This document shows, in pieces, positions 26,138-35,927 of a stretch of DNA of 64,000 nucleotides. The first letter of the stretch is position 1; each line of letters begins with the position of its first letter. The position numbers were made by a program, and so were the translations under genes. This DNA comes from Actinomycetales bacterium (GTDB taxonomy: Bacteria > Actinomycetota > Actinomycetes > Actinomycetales > JBBRBF01): the NCBI GenBank assembly GCA_038206105.1, contig JBBRBF010000002.1, positions 19,372 through 83,371 of the forward strand. Direction: 5' to 3'. The notes beneath the pieces are model-generated. The model did not search any database. It saw only the letters and a list, made by a program, of their open reading frames with translations, and was not told the origin of the DNA.

Positions 26138-26854
26138 GTGCGCAGCGAGCTGTTCGACACCCGGCACCACGAGGTGGCCGCGACCGAGGCGTGGACGCTG
26201 CAGAGCGACCGGATGCTGAAGGTCACCCTCGGACCCGACGTCCTCGCGGCCAAGGGGGCGATGGTCGCCTACCAGGGCAGCGTGCAGTTCCACCACGAGA
26301 GCGCCGGCTCGCTCGGTCGCCTGGTCAAGAAGGTGCTCACCGCCGAGGACACGCCTCTGATGCGGGTCGCCGGGCAGGGTGAGGTGTTCTTCGCGCGGTC
26401 CGCCGCGAACGTCTTCCTCGTCGCTCTCGAGGGGGACGGGATCAGCGTCGACGGGACCAACCTGCTCGCCTTCGACGCCGCCGTCCGGTGGGACATCCGC
26501 CGGGTGCAGGGCGCCGGCATCGCTGCCGGCGGCCTGTTCAACGTGCTGCTCGAGGGCACCGGCACGGTCGCCCTCACCAGCGACGGCCCCCCGATGCTGC
26601 TGGACTGCTCGCAGCAGCCGACCTACGTCGACGTGCAGGCCGCCGTGGCGTGGTCGGCCAACCTCGTGCCGTCGGTGGTCTCCAGCATGAACGTGCGGTC
26701 CATGCTGCGGGGCGGGTCGGGGGAGGCGTTGCAGTACGCGTTCCACGGGCCGGGCTTCGTCGTCGTCCAGCCCAGCGAGGGCCCGGCGACTCCCCCCGGG
26801 GGAGGAAGCGGCAGCGGGGGCCGCGGCGGGATGCTCGGCGACCTGTTCACCTGA
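26138..26854 (+). CDS. AIM24 (DUF124) family protein
   Basis: KGAMVAYQGSVQFHHE...MRVAGQGEVFFA...LLAFD...LEGTGTVALTSDG...ALQYAFHGPGFVVVQPSE is typical of the AIM24 family. Confidence 0.85.
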   Translation: MRSELFDTRHHEVAATEAWTLQSDRMLKVTLGPDVLAAKGAMVAYQGSVQFHHESAGSLGRLVKKVLTAEDTPLMRVAGQGEVFFARSAANVFLVALEGDGISVDGTNLLAFDAAVRWDIRRVQGAGIAAGGLFNVLLEGTGTVALTSDGPPMLLDCSQQPTYVDVQAAVAWSANLVPSVVSSMNVRSMLRGGSGEALQYAFHGPGFVVVQPSEGPATPPGGGSGSGGRGGMLGDLFT

Positions 26855-26908
26855 GCCCCGCCACCTTCGACAGCCACCTCGACACGCGCTTCGACGACCC
26901 CCGGTCGG

Positions 26909-27466
26909 TCACCCCTGCGCGAGCACGGTGTCGGTGTCCGCGACCCGCGCGTGGTAGTAGAACGAGAGGTAGTCCAGCGCGGCCTGCTGTCGGTCCTGCA
27001 CCGAGGCCGGGTCCACGGGCTCGAACACGCAGGTCGCGTCGGAGACCACCGTCACCCCGATGCCTCGCGCGAACGCGTCGTACGTGGTGTGCCGGCAGCA
27101 GCAGTCGGTGTGCTGGCCCACGACCACGAGGTGGTCGATCCCGTGCAGGCGGCACGTGGCGTCGAGGTCGGTCTGGGTGAAGCTCGAGTAGAAGCGCTTG
27201 GGCACGACCACGTCACCGGCCGTCGGGGCCAGCTCGGGGATCACCGCTGCCCCGTCGCTGCCGGCGAGGGCGTGCTCCCCGAACACCTCGAACTCCAGGT
27301 CACCCTGCTGGTGCGCGTCGTTGCTGTAGACGACCGGCCAGCCCGCGCTGCGTGCGGCCTCGGACAGCCGCGCGATGGGGTCGATGGTCTGCTTGGAGAC
27401 CGGGTTCGCCAGGGTGCCGCCGACGAAGTCGTGCAGCATGTCCACGATGAGCAGGGCAGTCGTCAC
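26909..27466 (-). CDS. Isochorismatase-family cysteine hydrolase (nicotinamidase-like)
   Basis: [11 protein letters not shown]...[10 protein letters not shown]...[14 protein letters not shown] provides the D-K-C triad. The GTG start is preceded by GAGGAGAGG. Confidence 0.88.
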   Translation of the reverse strand: MTTALLIVDMLHDFVGGTLANPVSKQTIDPIARLSEAARSAGWPVVYSNDAHQQGDLEFEVFGEHALAGSDGAAVIPELAPTAGDVVVPKRFYSSFTQTDLDATCRLHGIDHLVVVGQHTDCCCRHTTYDAFARGIGVTVVSDATCVFEPVDPASVQDRQQAALDYLSFYYHARVADTDTVLAQG

Positions 27467-27624
27467 GGCGGGGTAACCTCTCCTCGGGGCCGGGTGATGC
27501 GTCCCCGGCCGGTCGTGCGGGACGGTCGTGCCGCGGCGCCCGCGTCCCACGAGCCTGCCACGCGGGCGTGTCATCGGGTAGTGCCGTCGCCCGACCCGGG
27601 CGACGGCGGCGTACCCTCCCCGGC

Positions 27625-28755
27625 GTGGCTGCCGTCGACTTCCCCGCCCGGATCCGGGACCTGAGAGCCACGTTCACGTCGATCCGCGAGGTCACCGGCG
27701 TGGAGCGGCTGCGGGCCGACATCTCCGAGCTGTCCGAGCAGGCGTCCGCGCCCGACCTGTGGGACGACCCGGCCGCTGCGCAGAAGGTCACGAGCCGGCT
27801 GTCGCACCGGCAGACCGAGCTCGACCGCGTCGAGGGCATGGGCCACCGCCTCGACGACCTCGAGGTGCTCGTCGAGATGGCCGACGAGGCCGAGGGCGCC
27901 GAGGCCGCGGAGGCGCGCCGCGAGGCGGAGGCGGAGCTGGAGTCCATCTCGCGCTCGCTGGCCGAGCTGGAGGTCCGCACCCTGCTCGCGGGCGAGTACG
28001 ACCCCCGCGAGGCGCTCCTGACGATCCGTGCCGAGGCGGGCGGCGTCGACGCGGCCGACTTCGCCGAGATGCTGATGCGGATGTACCTGCGGTGGGCCGA
28101 GCGGCACGGCTACCCGGCCGAGGTGATGGACACCTCCTACGCCGAGGAGGCGGGCATCAAGTCCGCCACGCTGGCGGTGCACTCGCCGTACGCGTACGGC
28201 ACCCTCTCGGTCGAGCAGGGCACCCACCGGCTGGTGCGGATCTCGCCGTTCGACAACCAGGGACGCCGTCAGACCTCCTTCGCCGGCGTGGAGGTGCTGC
28301 CGGTCGTGGAGGAGACCGACCACATCGACGTCGCCGAGGCGGACCTGCGGGTCGACGTCTTCCGGTCGTCCGGCCCGGGCGGGCAGAGCGTGAACACCAC
28401 GGACTCCGCCGTGCGCCTGACGCACCTGCCGACCGGGATCGTCGTGTCGTGCCAGAACGAGAAGTCGCAGCTGCAGAACAAGGCCGCCGCGCTGCGGGTG
28501 CTCCAGGCCCGGCTGCTGGTGCGCGCGCGCGAGGAGCGCCAGGCCGAGCTCGACGCCCTCAAGACGGACGCCGGCGGCTCCTGGGGCAACCAGATGCGGT
28601 CCTACGTGCTGCACCCCTACCAGATGGTCAAGGACCTGCGGACCGAGTACGAGGTGGGTAACCCGACGTCGGTGTTCGACGGCGAGATCGACACGTTCCT
28701 GGAGCAGGGCATCCGCTGGCGCCGCCAGGCCGAGAAGGCCGCCGCCGACGCCTGA
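27625..28755 (+). CDS. prfB: Peptide chain release factor 2
   Basis: The SPF-region motif ([16 protein letters not shown]) and the GGQ motif ([16 protein letters not shown]) are both present. The ORF is continuous with no +1 frameshift site. Confidence 0.95.
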   Translation: MAAVDFPARIRDLRATFTSIREVTGVERLRADISELSEQASAPDLWDDPAAAQKVTSRLSHRQTELDRVEGMGHRLDDLEVLVEMADEAEGAEAAEARREAEAELESISRSLAELEVRTLLAGEYDPREALLTIRAEAGGVDAADFAEMLMRMYLRWAERHGYPAEVMDTSYAEEAGIKSATLAVHSPYAYGTLSVEQGTHRLVRISPFDNQGRRQTSFAGVEVLPVVEETDHIDVAEADLRVDVFRSSGPGGQSVNTTDSAVRLTHLPTGIVVSCQNEKSQLQNKAAALRVLQARLLVRAREERQAELDALKTDAGGSWGNQMRSYVLHPYQMVKDLRTEYEVGNPTSVFDGEIDTFLEQGIRWRRQAEKAAADA

Positions 28756-28884
28756 GCGGTCCGGCCCTACACTCGACGGCGGCCTTGGCTGCGCTCGCCC
28801 GAGCGCAGGCCGCCGAGCAGGACCGGGACGTGGCCCGGCCAGGAGGCGGCCGTTTCGTCCTGTCCCCGAGAGCGGCCACCTCCG

Positions 28885-29574
28885 ATGATCACCTTCGAGA
28901 ACGTCTCCAAGCTGTACCAGCGGGGCACGGCGCCCGCCCTGGCCGACGTGACCCTGGAGGCCGAGCGCGGCGAGTTCCTCTTCCTGGTCGGCGCCTCCGG
29001 CTCGGGCAAGTCGACGTTCCTGCGCCTGGTGCTGAAGGAGGAGAAGGCCACCTCCGGTCGCGTCCTCGTCGCCGGGCGAGACGTCGCCCGGCTGTCGTCG
29101 TGGAAGGTGCCGGGGCTGCGCCGTCAGATCGGGGCGGTCTTCCAGGACTTCCGGCTGCTGCCGAACAAGAACGTGTACCAGAACGTCGCGTTCGCCCTGC
29201 AGGTGATCGGCCGGTCGCGCCACCACATCGCCCAGACGGTGCCGGAGACCCTCGACCTCGTGGGCCTGGCGGACAAGGAGCGTCGGCTGCCGCACGAGCT
29301 CTCCGGCGGTGAGCAGCAGCGCGTCGCGATCGCCCGGGCGTTCGTGAACCGGCCGGCGATCCTGCTGGCCGACGAGCCGACCGGGAACCTCGACCCCACC
29401 ACGAGCGTCGGCATCATGCGGCTGCTCGACCGGATCAACCGCACGGGCACGACCGTGGTGATGGCCACGCACGACGACGAGATCGTCGACCAGATGCGCA
29501 AGCGGGTCGTGGAGCTCGACGCGGGCCGGATGGTCCGCGACGAGTCCCGCGGGGCCTACGGCTACACCCGCTGA
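28885..29574 (+). CDS. ftsE: Cell division ATP-binding protein FtsE
   Basis: [11 protein letters not shown]...GASGSGKST...[14 protein letters not shown]...[11 protein letters not shown]. Confidence 0.95.
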   Translation: MITFENVSKLYQRGTAPALADVTLEAERGEFLFLVGASGSGKSTFLRLVLKEEKATSGRVLVAGRDVARLSSWKVPGLRRQIGAVFQDFRLLPNKNVYQNVAFALQVIGRSRHHIAQTVPETLDLVGLADKERRLPHELSGGEQQRVAIARAFVNRPAILLADEPTGNLDPTTSVGIMRLLDRINRTGTTVVMATHDDEIVDQMRKRVVELDAGRMVRDESRGAYGYTR

Positions 29575-29611
29575 CCGCGCGCCCGACGACCCCCACACCG
29601 GAGCCCACCTG

Positions 29612-30526
29612 ATGCGTCTGCAGTTCATCCTCAGCGAGATCGGCATCGGCCTGCGCCGCAACCTCGCCATGACGGTGTCGGTCGTGCTGGTGACCTTCGT
29701 GTCCCTGACGTTCGTGGGCGCCGGGATCCTGCTGCAGCAGCAGATCACCACCATGAAGGACTTCTGGTACGACAAGGTGCAGGTGTCGATATTCCTGTGC
29801 GTCCAGGACTCCGAGGCCCCCACCTGCGCGGCCGGCGAGGCGACGCAGGCCCAGCGCGACGCGATCAGCGCCGACCTGGACTCCGAGGCCCTCGCGCCGT
29901 ACGTCGACGAGGTGTTCTACGAGTCCAAGGCCGAGGCCTACGAGCGGTTCACCGAGCAGTTCGCGGACACGGCCATCGTCGACAACGTCACCGAGCAGCA
30001 GATGCCGGAGTCCTTCCGGGTCAAGCTCGTCGACCCGGAGGAGTTCCAGGTCATCTCGCAGGTCTTCTCGGGCCGGGACGGCGTCGAGGAGGTGCAGGAC
30101 CAGCGAAGGCTGCTCGACAGCTTCTTCGCGGCCCTCAACGGGGCGACGGTCGTCGCCGCCGTCCTCGCCGTGGTGATGACCGTGGCGGCGGCGCTGCTGA
30201 TCGCCACGACGATCCGGCTCTCGGCGTTCAGTCGCCGGCGCGAGACCGGGATCATGCGGCTCGTCGGTGCTTCCACCATCCTGCTGCAGCTCCCGTTCCT
30301 GCTCGAGGGCATGATCGCGGCGACGATCGGGGCCGCCCTGGCGTCGGTGGGTCTGTGGGCCGGGGTGCACTACGGGGTCGAGGGGTGGCTGACCGAACAG
30401 CTGCCGTTGTTCAGCTACATCACCACCGATTCACTCTTCGTTGTCGCTCCGCTACTATTTGTGTTTGGTATCGCCCTCGCGGGCGTGTCGTCCGTGGTCA
30501 CGTTGTCCCGGTACCTCAGGGTGTAG
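29612..30526 (+). CDS. ftsX: Cell division permease FtsX
   Basis: MRLQFILSEIGIGLRRNLAMT..., an extracellular domain and then three C-terminal TM segments. It lies directly after ftsE. Confidence 0.93.
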   Translation: MRLQFILSEIGIGLRRNLAMTVSVVLVTFVSLTFVGAGILLQQQITTMKDFWYDKVQVSIFLCVQDSEAPTCAAGEATQAQRDAISADLDSEALAPYVDEVFYESKAEAYERFTEQFADTAIVDNVTEQQMPESFRVKLVDPEEFQVISQVFSGRDGVEEVQDQRRLLDSFFAALNGATVVAAVLAVVMTVAAALLIATTIRLSAFSRRRETGIMRLVGASTILLQLPFLLEGMIAATIGAALASVGLWAGVHYGVEGWLTEQLPLFSYITTDSLFVVAPLLFVFGIALAGVSSVVTLSRYLRV

Positions 30527-30765
30527 AGGAAGTCACGCACCAGCAGCACCTCGGGCACCACCCGCGATAGGGCAGGATGCGAGTCCCGCCCCGAACCCAT
30601 CCAGACCACGACGGACCACACCCAGTCGGACACGACCAGGAGCCGGACGACGGAGCCGGCCGCCACCGCAGGGCACCCGAGGAGCCGAACCGCTCCGTCG
30701 CGCCCACCGCGTCGCCCCTGCGGCGCACCGACCACGCGGACACCCGCGGAAGGAGGCTGCGCGCC

Positions 30766-32280
30766 GTGCACCGAGGCCCCGACCCCACTGAGCGACCCGA
30801 CGCGGCGCGGGCCGCGTCCGCACCTGCCCTGCCCGAGCTGTCTGCGCTGCCCGTGCCGCTCCGCGTCGCCGGCTGCCGTCCGGCCCGCCGGGGGGCCGGC
30901 GCCGCCGGTGTGGCGGCGCTGCTCACACTCGGGGTGGCCCTCGGGGCGACCCCGGCCGCGGCCGTCCCGGACCCGGAGGAGCGCAAGCAGCAGATCGAGG
31001 GCACCATCTCCGACCTCGAGGAGGCCCTCGAGGGGACCAGCGTGGAGCTGCGGGGCGCCTACACGCGGCTGCGGGACACCGAGGCGCAGCTGCCGGAGGC
31101 GAAGGCCGCCCTGCAGCGCGCGACGGACCGCCGCGACGAGGCCCGCCGCAAGGACGCCGAGCTGGCCGCGCGCCTGGCCGCCGCCCGCGAGACCGAGTCG
31201 CAGGCCGCCGGTGAGATCGAGGCCGGTAGCGAGGAGATCGAGTCCACCCAGGCCTCGATCGGGCGGATCGCCTCCGAGGCCTACCGCGGCGCCGTCGTGT
31301 CGCCGTCCCTGAGCGTCGCCCTCGACGCCGGCAGCCCGGAGGAGTTCGCGACCCGTTTCGTGATGGTCGACACCGCCTTCCGCAGCCAGAGCGGGTTCCT
31401 GGCGCGGCTGAACGAGCTGCAGGCGCTGCGGGGCAACCAGCAGGCGCGGCTCGAGGCGGTTCGGGCCGTCGTCGACGAGCTGAAGGAGCAGGCCGCGGCG
31501 AACCTCGAGGAGGCCAGGGCGGCGCAGGCCGAGGCCGACCGTGCCAAGGCCCAGCTCGACTCCCTCGCCGCGCAGCAGTCGCAGGCGGCCGCCGAGATCG
31601 AGGCCCGCAAGGACGCCGAGATGCAGCGCCTCGACCAGGAGGAGCGGGAGCTGCGCAGCGTCGAGGCCGAACTGCGGCGCATCGCCGAGGCCGAGCGCCG
31701 CGCCCGCGAGCAGGCCGCCCGCGAGCAGGCCGCCCAGGAGGCCGCCGAGCAGGAGGCGGCCGAGCGGCGTGAGGCGGATGCCCGCTCCGAGTCCAGCAGG
31801 CGCGCCTCGCGCAGCGGTTCGTCGTCTGGCTCATCGTCGTCCGGTTCGTCGTCGTCCTCCGGTTCGTCGTCCTCGTCGTCCAGCTCCTCGAGCGGGCTGT
31901 CGATGCCGTCGAGCGGGCGGATCAGCTCGGGCTTCGGCTACCGGATCCACCCCATCTACGGCACCCGCAAGCTGCACTCCGGCACCGACTTCGCGGCCTC
32001 GTGCGGCACGCCGGTGACGGCAGCGGCCAGCGGGACCGTCGTCAGCGCCGGCAGCGCCGGCAGCTACGGCAACCGCGTGGTGCTCAGTCACGGGGTGATC
32101 GGCGGCACGTCGCTCGGCACCACGTACAACCACATGTCCAGCATCGCGGTGAGTGGTGGCTCGGTCTCCAAGGGCCAGGTCGTCGGCTACATCGGGACGA
32201 CGGGGACGTCGACCGGCTGCCACCTGCACTTCGAGGTCTTCGCGAACGGGGCCGTCACCGACCCGATGACGTACCTCTAG
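30766..32280 (+). CDS. Coiled-coil + M23 family peptidoglycan metallopeptidase (PcsB/EnvC-like)
   Basis: GGAAGGAGG sits upstream of GTG 30766. The protein has a signal sequence, long heptad-like coiled coil, poly-Ser linker and an M23 core (HSGTDFAA...GCHLHFEV). Confidence 0.85.
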   Translation: MHRGPDPTERPDAARAASAPALPELSALPVPLRVAGCRPARRGAGAAGVAALLTLGVALGATPAAAVPDPEERKQQIEGTISDLEEALEGTSVELRGAYTRLRDTEAQLPEAKAALQRATDRRDEARRKDAELAARLAAARETESQAAGEIEAGSEEIESTQASIGRIASEAYRGAVVSPSLSVALDAGSPEEFATRFVMVDTAFRSQSGFLARLNELQALRGNQQARLEAVRAVVDELKEQAAANLEEARAAQAEADRAKAQLDSLAAQQSQAAAEIEARKDAEMQRLDQEERELRSVEAELRRIAEAERRAREQAAREQAAQEAAEQEAAERREADARSESSRRASRSGSSSGSSSSGSSSSSGSSSSSSSSSSGLSMPSSGRISSGFGYRIHPIYGTRKLHSGTDFAASCGTPVTAAASGTVVSAGSAGSYGNRVVLSHGVIGGTSLGTTYNHMSSIAVSGGSVSKGQVVGYIGTTGTSTGCHLHFEVFANGAVTDPMTYL

Positions 32281-32284
32281 GTCG

Positions 32285-32304
32285 CACCTAGACTCACCTA
32301 GACT
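32285..32304 (+). promoter_or_regulatory. Direct repeat CACCTAGACT x2 upstream of smpB (possible -10 elements)
   Basis: cacctagactcacctagact; each copy carries TAGACT (TAnnnT). The first copy also pairs with tctaggt at the M23 stop codon (7-bp stem). Confidence 0.3.
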
Positions 32305-32331
32305 GCTCTCCCAGGAGCAGGAGGGACACCG

Positions 32332-32814
32332 GTGGCCAAGAGCGCGCAGAAGGACCGCACCGTCGTCGCGAGCAACCGCAAGGCCCGGCACGACTACCAC
32401 ATCGAGGACGTCGTCGAGGCGGGCCTCGTGCTCACCGGTACCGAGGTGAAGTCGCTGCGGCAGGGGCGGGCGTCTCTCGTGGACGGCTTCGCCTCGATCG
32501 ACGGCGGTGAGGCGTGGCTGGAGAACGTGCACATCCCGGAGTACACCGAGGGCACCTGGACCAACCACGCTGCCCGCCGCAAGCGCAAGCTGCTGCTGCA
32601 CCGCGAGGAGATCGACAAGCTCGCCGGCAAGGTGCGCGAGTCGGGCCGCACCATCGTGCCGCTGCAGCTGTACTTCCGCGACGGCCGGGCGAAGGTCGAG
32701 ATCGCGCTGGCGCGCGGCAAGCGCGAGTACGACAAGCGCCAGACGCTCCGGGAGCGCCAGGACACCCGCGAGGCGCAGCGCGCGATGTCCCTGCGTTCCC
32801 GACCCGGCGACTGA
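32332..32814 (+). CDS. smpB: SsrA-binding protein
   Basis: [38 protein letters not shown]...[20 protein letters not shown]. Confidence 0.95.
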   Translation: MAKSAQKDRTVVASNRKARHDYHIEDVVEAGLVLTGTEVKSLRQGRASLVDGFASIDGGEAWLENVHIPEYTEGTWTNHAARRKRKLLLHREEIDKLAGKVRESGRTIVPLQLYFRDGRAKVEIALARGKREYDKRQTLRERQDTREAQRAMSLRSRPGD

Positions 32815-32856
32815 CCCCACCGCACCCCTGCGTTGATCATGCACGTCCGGTACGCC
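32815..32856 (+). repeat. Single copy of the CGGTGATCA repeat family (ATGCAC subfamily)
   Basis: ccccaccgcacccctGCGTTGATCATGCACGTCCGGTACGCC starts at the first base after the smpB stop. Confidence 0.85.
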
Positions 32857-32914
32857 CGGCAGTGTCCGGTGGGCCAGCGGGAATGAGGACAGCTCGGCCG
32901 GTGCTGCGGGCCCC

Positions 32915-33838
32915 ATGCGCGCAGCCTCCTTCACCGAGTACGGACCCGCCGACGTCCTGCGGGTCGCCGACCTGCCCGACCCCCTTCCCGGCCCCGACGG
33001 TGTCGTCGTCCGGGTCCGCGCGGCGGGGGTGAACCCGGTCGACGCCAAGATCCGCGCCGGCTACCTCGACGGCGCGTTCCCGGCTGCCTTCCCGATCGTG
33101 ACGGGCTGGGACGTCGCCGGCGTCGTCGAGGCCGTCGGCCCCGCGGTGAGCGTCTATGCGGTCGGTGACGAGGTCCTCGGCTACGTCCGCAAGGACCACG
33201 TCCAGCACGGCACCGTCGCCGAGCTCGTCCGCGCCGACGTGCGGCACCTGGCGCCCAAGCCCGCCGGGGTGTCCTTCGAGGACGCCGGTGCGCTCCCGCT
33301 GGCCGGGCTGACCGCACTGCAGGCCCTCGACGCGGCGGGGGTCGCCGGCGGCGACACCGTGCTCGTGCACGCCGCCTCGGGCGGGGTCGGGGCCTTCGCT
33401 GTCCAGCTCGCAGCCGCTCGCGGCGCCCGTGTGATCGGCACGGCCGGCGAGAGCAACCACGACTTCGTCCGCGAGCTGGGCGCCGAGCCGGTCACCTACG
33501 GCGACGGCCTGGCCGACCGGGTCCGGGCGCTGGCCCCGGACGGCGTGGACGCCGCGATCGACCTCGTCGGCGGGGACGCCCTCGACGTCTCGTTCGAGGT
33601 CGTCGGCGACGCCTCCCGGGTGGCCTCGGTGACCGACGCCGCCAGCGTGCTGGAGCGCGGCGGCGCGTACGTCTTCGTGCGCCCCGACAGTGCGCAGATC
33701 GCCGAGCTCGCTGCGATGGTGGCCGATGGCCGGCTGCGGGTCACGGTCTCGCGCACCTTCGGCCTGGACGAGGTCGCCGACGCGCACCGTCACTCCGAGT
33801 CGGGTCATGTGCGCGGCAAGGTCGTCGTCGTCCCCTGA
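32915..33838 (+). CDS. NADPH:quinone oxidoreductase / zinc-type alcohol dehydrogenase superfamily (MDR)
   Basis: MRAASFTEYGPADVLRVADLPDP...VRAAGVNPVDAKIR...VLVHAASGGVGAFAVQLA...GKVVVVP. Confidence 0.88.
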   Translation: MRAASFTEYGPADVLRVADLPDPLPGPDGVVVRVRAAGVNPVDAKIRAGYLDGAFPAAFPIVTGWDVAGVVEAVGPAVSVYAVGDEVLGYVRKDHVQHGTVAELVRADVRHLAPKPAGVSFEDAGALPLAGLTALQALDAAGVAGGDTVLVHAASGGVGAFAVQLAAARGARVIGTAGESNHDFVRELGAEPVTYGDGLADRVRALAPDGVDAAIDLVGGDALDVSFEVVGDASRVASVTDAASVLERGGAYVFVRPDSAQIAELAAMVADGRLRVTVSRTFGLDEVADAHRHSESGHVRGKVVVVP

Positions 33839-33909
33839 CGGCGGGCCGCCGGGAATGCCCGGGCACGCCGAGGCGCTTTCGCGGTAGCCTGAGGGCGTAC
33901 AACTCAACA

Positions 33910-34276
33910 GGGGGTGACAGGTTTCGACGTCGGATGTCGAACCAGGGGAAGCGGGTCGAGGAGGCAGCGTGATCTCGTCAACCATCGCTGCAAACCACAG
34001 GTGCCGATTCCAAGCGCACCGACTTCGCCCTCGCCGCCTGAGCGAGGAGTAGAGGTCCGTCAGCCCGGGAGTGCTCCCGGTCCGGTAGCTGGCGTCATCT
34101 AGGGAGCCACTGCTCCTGGCCCTCGTCATCGGGGTCAGGGGGACACTCAGGTGACTGGGCCCGGCAGCGACACGTCTGCTAGATCGCTGGGGCCGAGAAA
34201 AACCGCAGCAGGCTGCACCCGGAGAAGCCCTGGAGGTACGACGACGGACGCGGGTTCGATTCCCGCCACCTCCACC
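33910..34276 (+). ncRNA. ssrA: tmRNA (transfer-messenger RNA)
   Basis: The 5' GGGGGTGACAGGTTTCGAC pairs with the 3' CACCTCC, including a G3:U wobble. The T-arm is GCGGGTTCGATTCCCGC and the 3' end reads ...CCACCTCCACC. The tag ORF 34003-34041 encodes ADSKRTDFALAA*. Confidence 0.93.
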
Positions 34277-34285
34277 CCTGTCCGA

Positions 34286-34317
34286 GACGGGGCCCGACCA
34301 CACGGTCGGGCCCCGTC
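34286..34317 (+). terminator. Hairpin immediately after ssrA
   Basis: GACGGGGCCCGACC-acac-GGTCGGGCCCCGTC is a perfect 14-bp stem. There is no T-tract. Confidence 0.6.
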
Positions 34318-34377
34318 GTCGTCCCGTGCTCGGCGATGATGCGACCGACGCGAGCCGGACGAGGCCAGGAGGACGAC

Positions 34378-34908
34378 GTGCTCGAACCGCTGGGTGCCAC
34401 GTGGGGGCAGGTGGCGACGGTGGTCGTCACCGTGGTGGGTATGTACGCGACGTTCATGGTGCTCGTGCGCGTCGTCGGGCAGCGGGCGCTGGCGGGGATG
34501 TCGGGCTTCGACATCGGGTGCATCGTCGCGCTGGGGTCGGTGCTCGGGCGCACCGTGCTGCTGGACACCCCGACGCTGATGATCGGAGTGGTCGCGCTGG
34601 CGACCCTGTTCGGGGTGCAGGCCGTGCTGGGGGCGCTCGGCCGCTTCCGGTCGGTCGACCGGCTGCTCAACCGCGAACCCGTGCTGCTCGTGCGCGACGG
34701 CGTGCTGCTGACCGACGCGATGCGCCGCGCGCACGTCAGCGTGGACGAGGTGCGCCAGCGGCTCCGGCTGGCGGGGGTGCGGTCGCTGACCGAGGTGGGG
34801 CGGTGCACGCTGGAGCGCAACGGCGCGGTGAGCGTGCTGCGCGCGGGGGCGCCGGTGGACGCGTGGCTGCACGCCGACGTCCCGTCACCGGTGTCGCAGG
34901 CGACGTGA
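34378..34908 (+). CDS. DUF421 (YetF-like) membrane protein
   Basis: AGGAGG sits 5 nt before GTG 34378. N-terminal TM segments are followed by a C-terminal domain ([33 protein letters not shown]). Confidence 0.8.
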   Translation: MLEPLGATWGQVATVVVTVVGMYATFMVLVRVVGQRALAGMSGFDIGCIVALGSVLGRTVLLDTPTLMIGVVALATLFGVQAVLGALGRFRSVDRLLNREPVLLVRDGVLLTDAMRRAHVSVDEVRQRLRLAGVRSLTEVGRCTLERNGAVSVLRAGAPVDAWLHADVPSPVSQAT

Positions 34909-34994
34909 CGTCCCGGCGCAGGGGAGCGGGGCCCGCCGCGGCGGGAACTTCGGCGCGTTCACAGCGGCGACGCCCGCCGAGTACGGTGCGTGGC

Positions 34995-35927
34995 ATGGCA
35001 GCCGCCGTCTCCGTGACCGGCCTCGTGAAGACCTTCGGGCGCACGCGTGCCCTCGCCGGGCTCGACCTCGAGGTGGCCACCGGCGAGGTGCACGGCTTCC
35101 TCGGGCCGAACGGGTCCGGCAAGTCGACCACCATCCGCGTCCTGCTCGGCCTGCTGCGCCCCGACGCCGGCCGGGCCCGGCTGCTCGGCGGCGACCCGTG
35201 GCGCGACGCCGTCGCGTTGCACCGCCGGCTGGCGTACGTGCCCGGAGACGTCACGCTGTGGCCCGCCATCAGCGGCGGTGAGGCGATCGACCTGCTGGGC
35301 CGGTTGCAGGGCGGCCTCGACCCGCGCCGCCGGGACGAGCTGCTGGAGCGGTTCGACCTCGACCCCCGCAAGAAGGCGCGCACCTACTCCAAGGGGAACC
35401 GCCAGAAGGTGGCGCTGGTGGCAGCCCTCGCGTCGGACGCGGAGCTGCTCGTGCTCGACGAGCCGACCGCGGGGCTCGACCCGCTGATGGAGGTGGTGTT
35501 CCAGGACGACGTCCGCACCGCCCGCGCGGAGGGACGCACGGTCCTGCTGTCCAGCCACATCCTTGCCGAGGTCGAGGCCCTCTGCGACCGCGTCAGCATC
35601 ATCCGCCGGGGTCGCACGGTGCAGACCGGCACGCTGGCGGAGATGCGTCACCTGACCCGTACCGCTGTGGTCGTGGCCACCCGGGAGCCCGCCTCCGGGC
35701 TGGGCGCTATGCCCGGGGTGCACGACCTGCGCACGGACGACGACCGGGTCCGGTTCGACGTGGACAACGCCCACCTCGACGCCGTGATGGCCTACCTCGG
35801 CGGGCTCGGCGTCCGGAGCCTCACGAGCCACCCGCCGACGCTGGAGGAGCTGTTCCTGCGCCACTACGGGGACGACGCCCCCGAGTCGCCGCCGACCGCG
35901 CACCACGCCCACGCGGCGGTGCCGTGA
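34995..35927 (+). CDS. ABC transporter ATP-binding protein (ABC-2 exporter type)
   Basis: [13 protein letters not shown] (Walker A), [15 protein letters not shown] (signature) and [12 protein letters not shown] (Walker B). Confidence 0.9.
   Translation: MAAAVSVTGLVKTFGRTRALAGLDLEVATGEVHGFLGPNGSGKSTTIRVLLGLLRPDAGRARLLGGDPWRDAVALHRRLAYVPGDVTLWPAISGGEAIDLLGRLQGGLDPRRRDELLERFDLDPRKKARTYSKGNRQKVALVAALASDAELLVLDEPTAGLDPLMEVVFQDDVRTARAEGRTVLLSSHILAEVEALCDRVSIIRRGRTVQTGTLAEMRHLTRTAVVVATREPASGLGAMPGVHDLRTDDDRVRFDVDNAHLDAVMAYLGGLGVRSLTSHPPTLEELFLRHYGDDAPESPPTAHHAHAAVP

Noticed and set aside
27625-28755. Programmed +1 frameshift in prfB.
   Set aside because: The RF2 reading frame is continuous from the N-terminus through the GGQ motif, with no in-frame early UGA / CUU UGA site.
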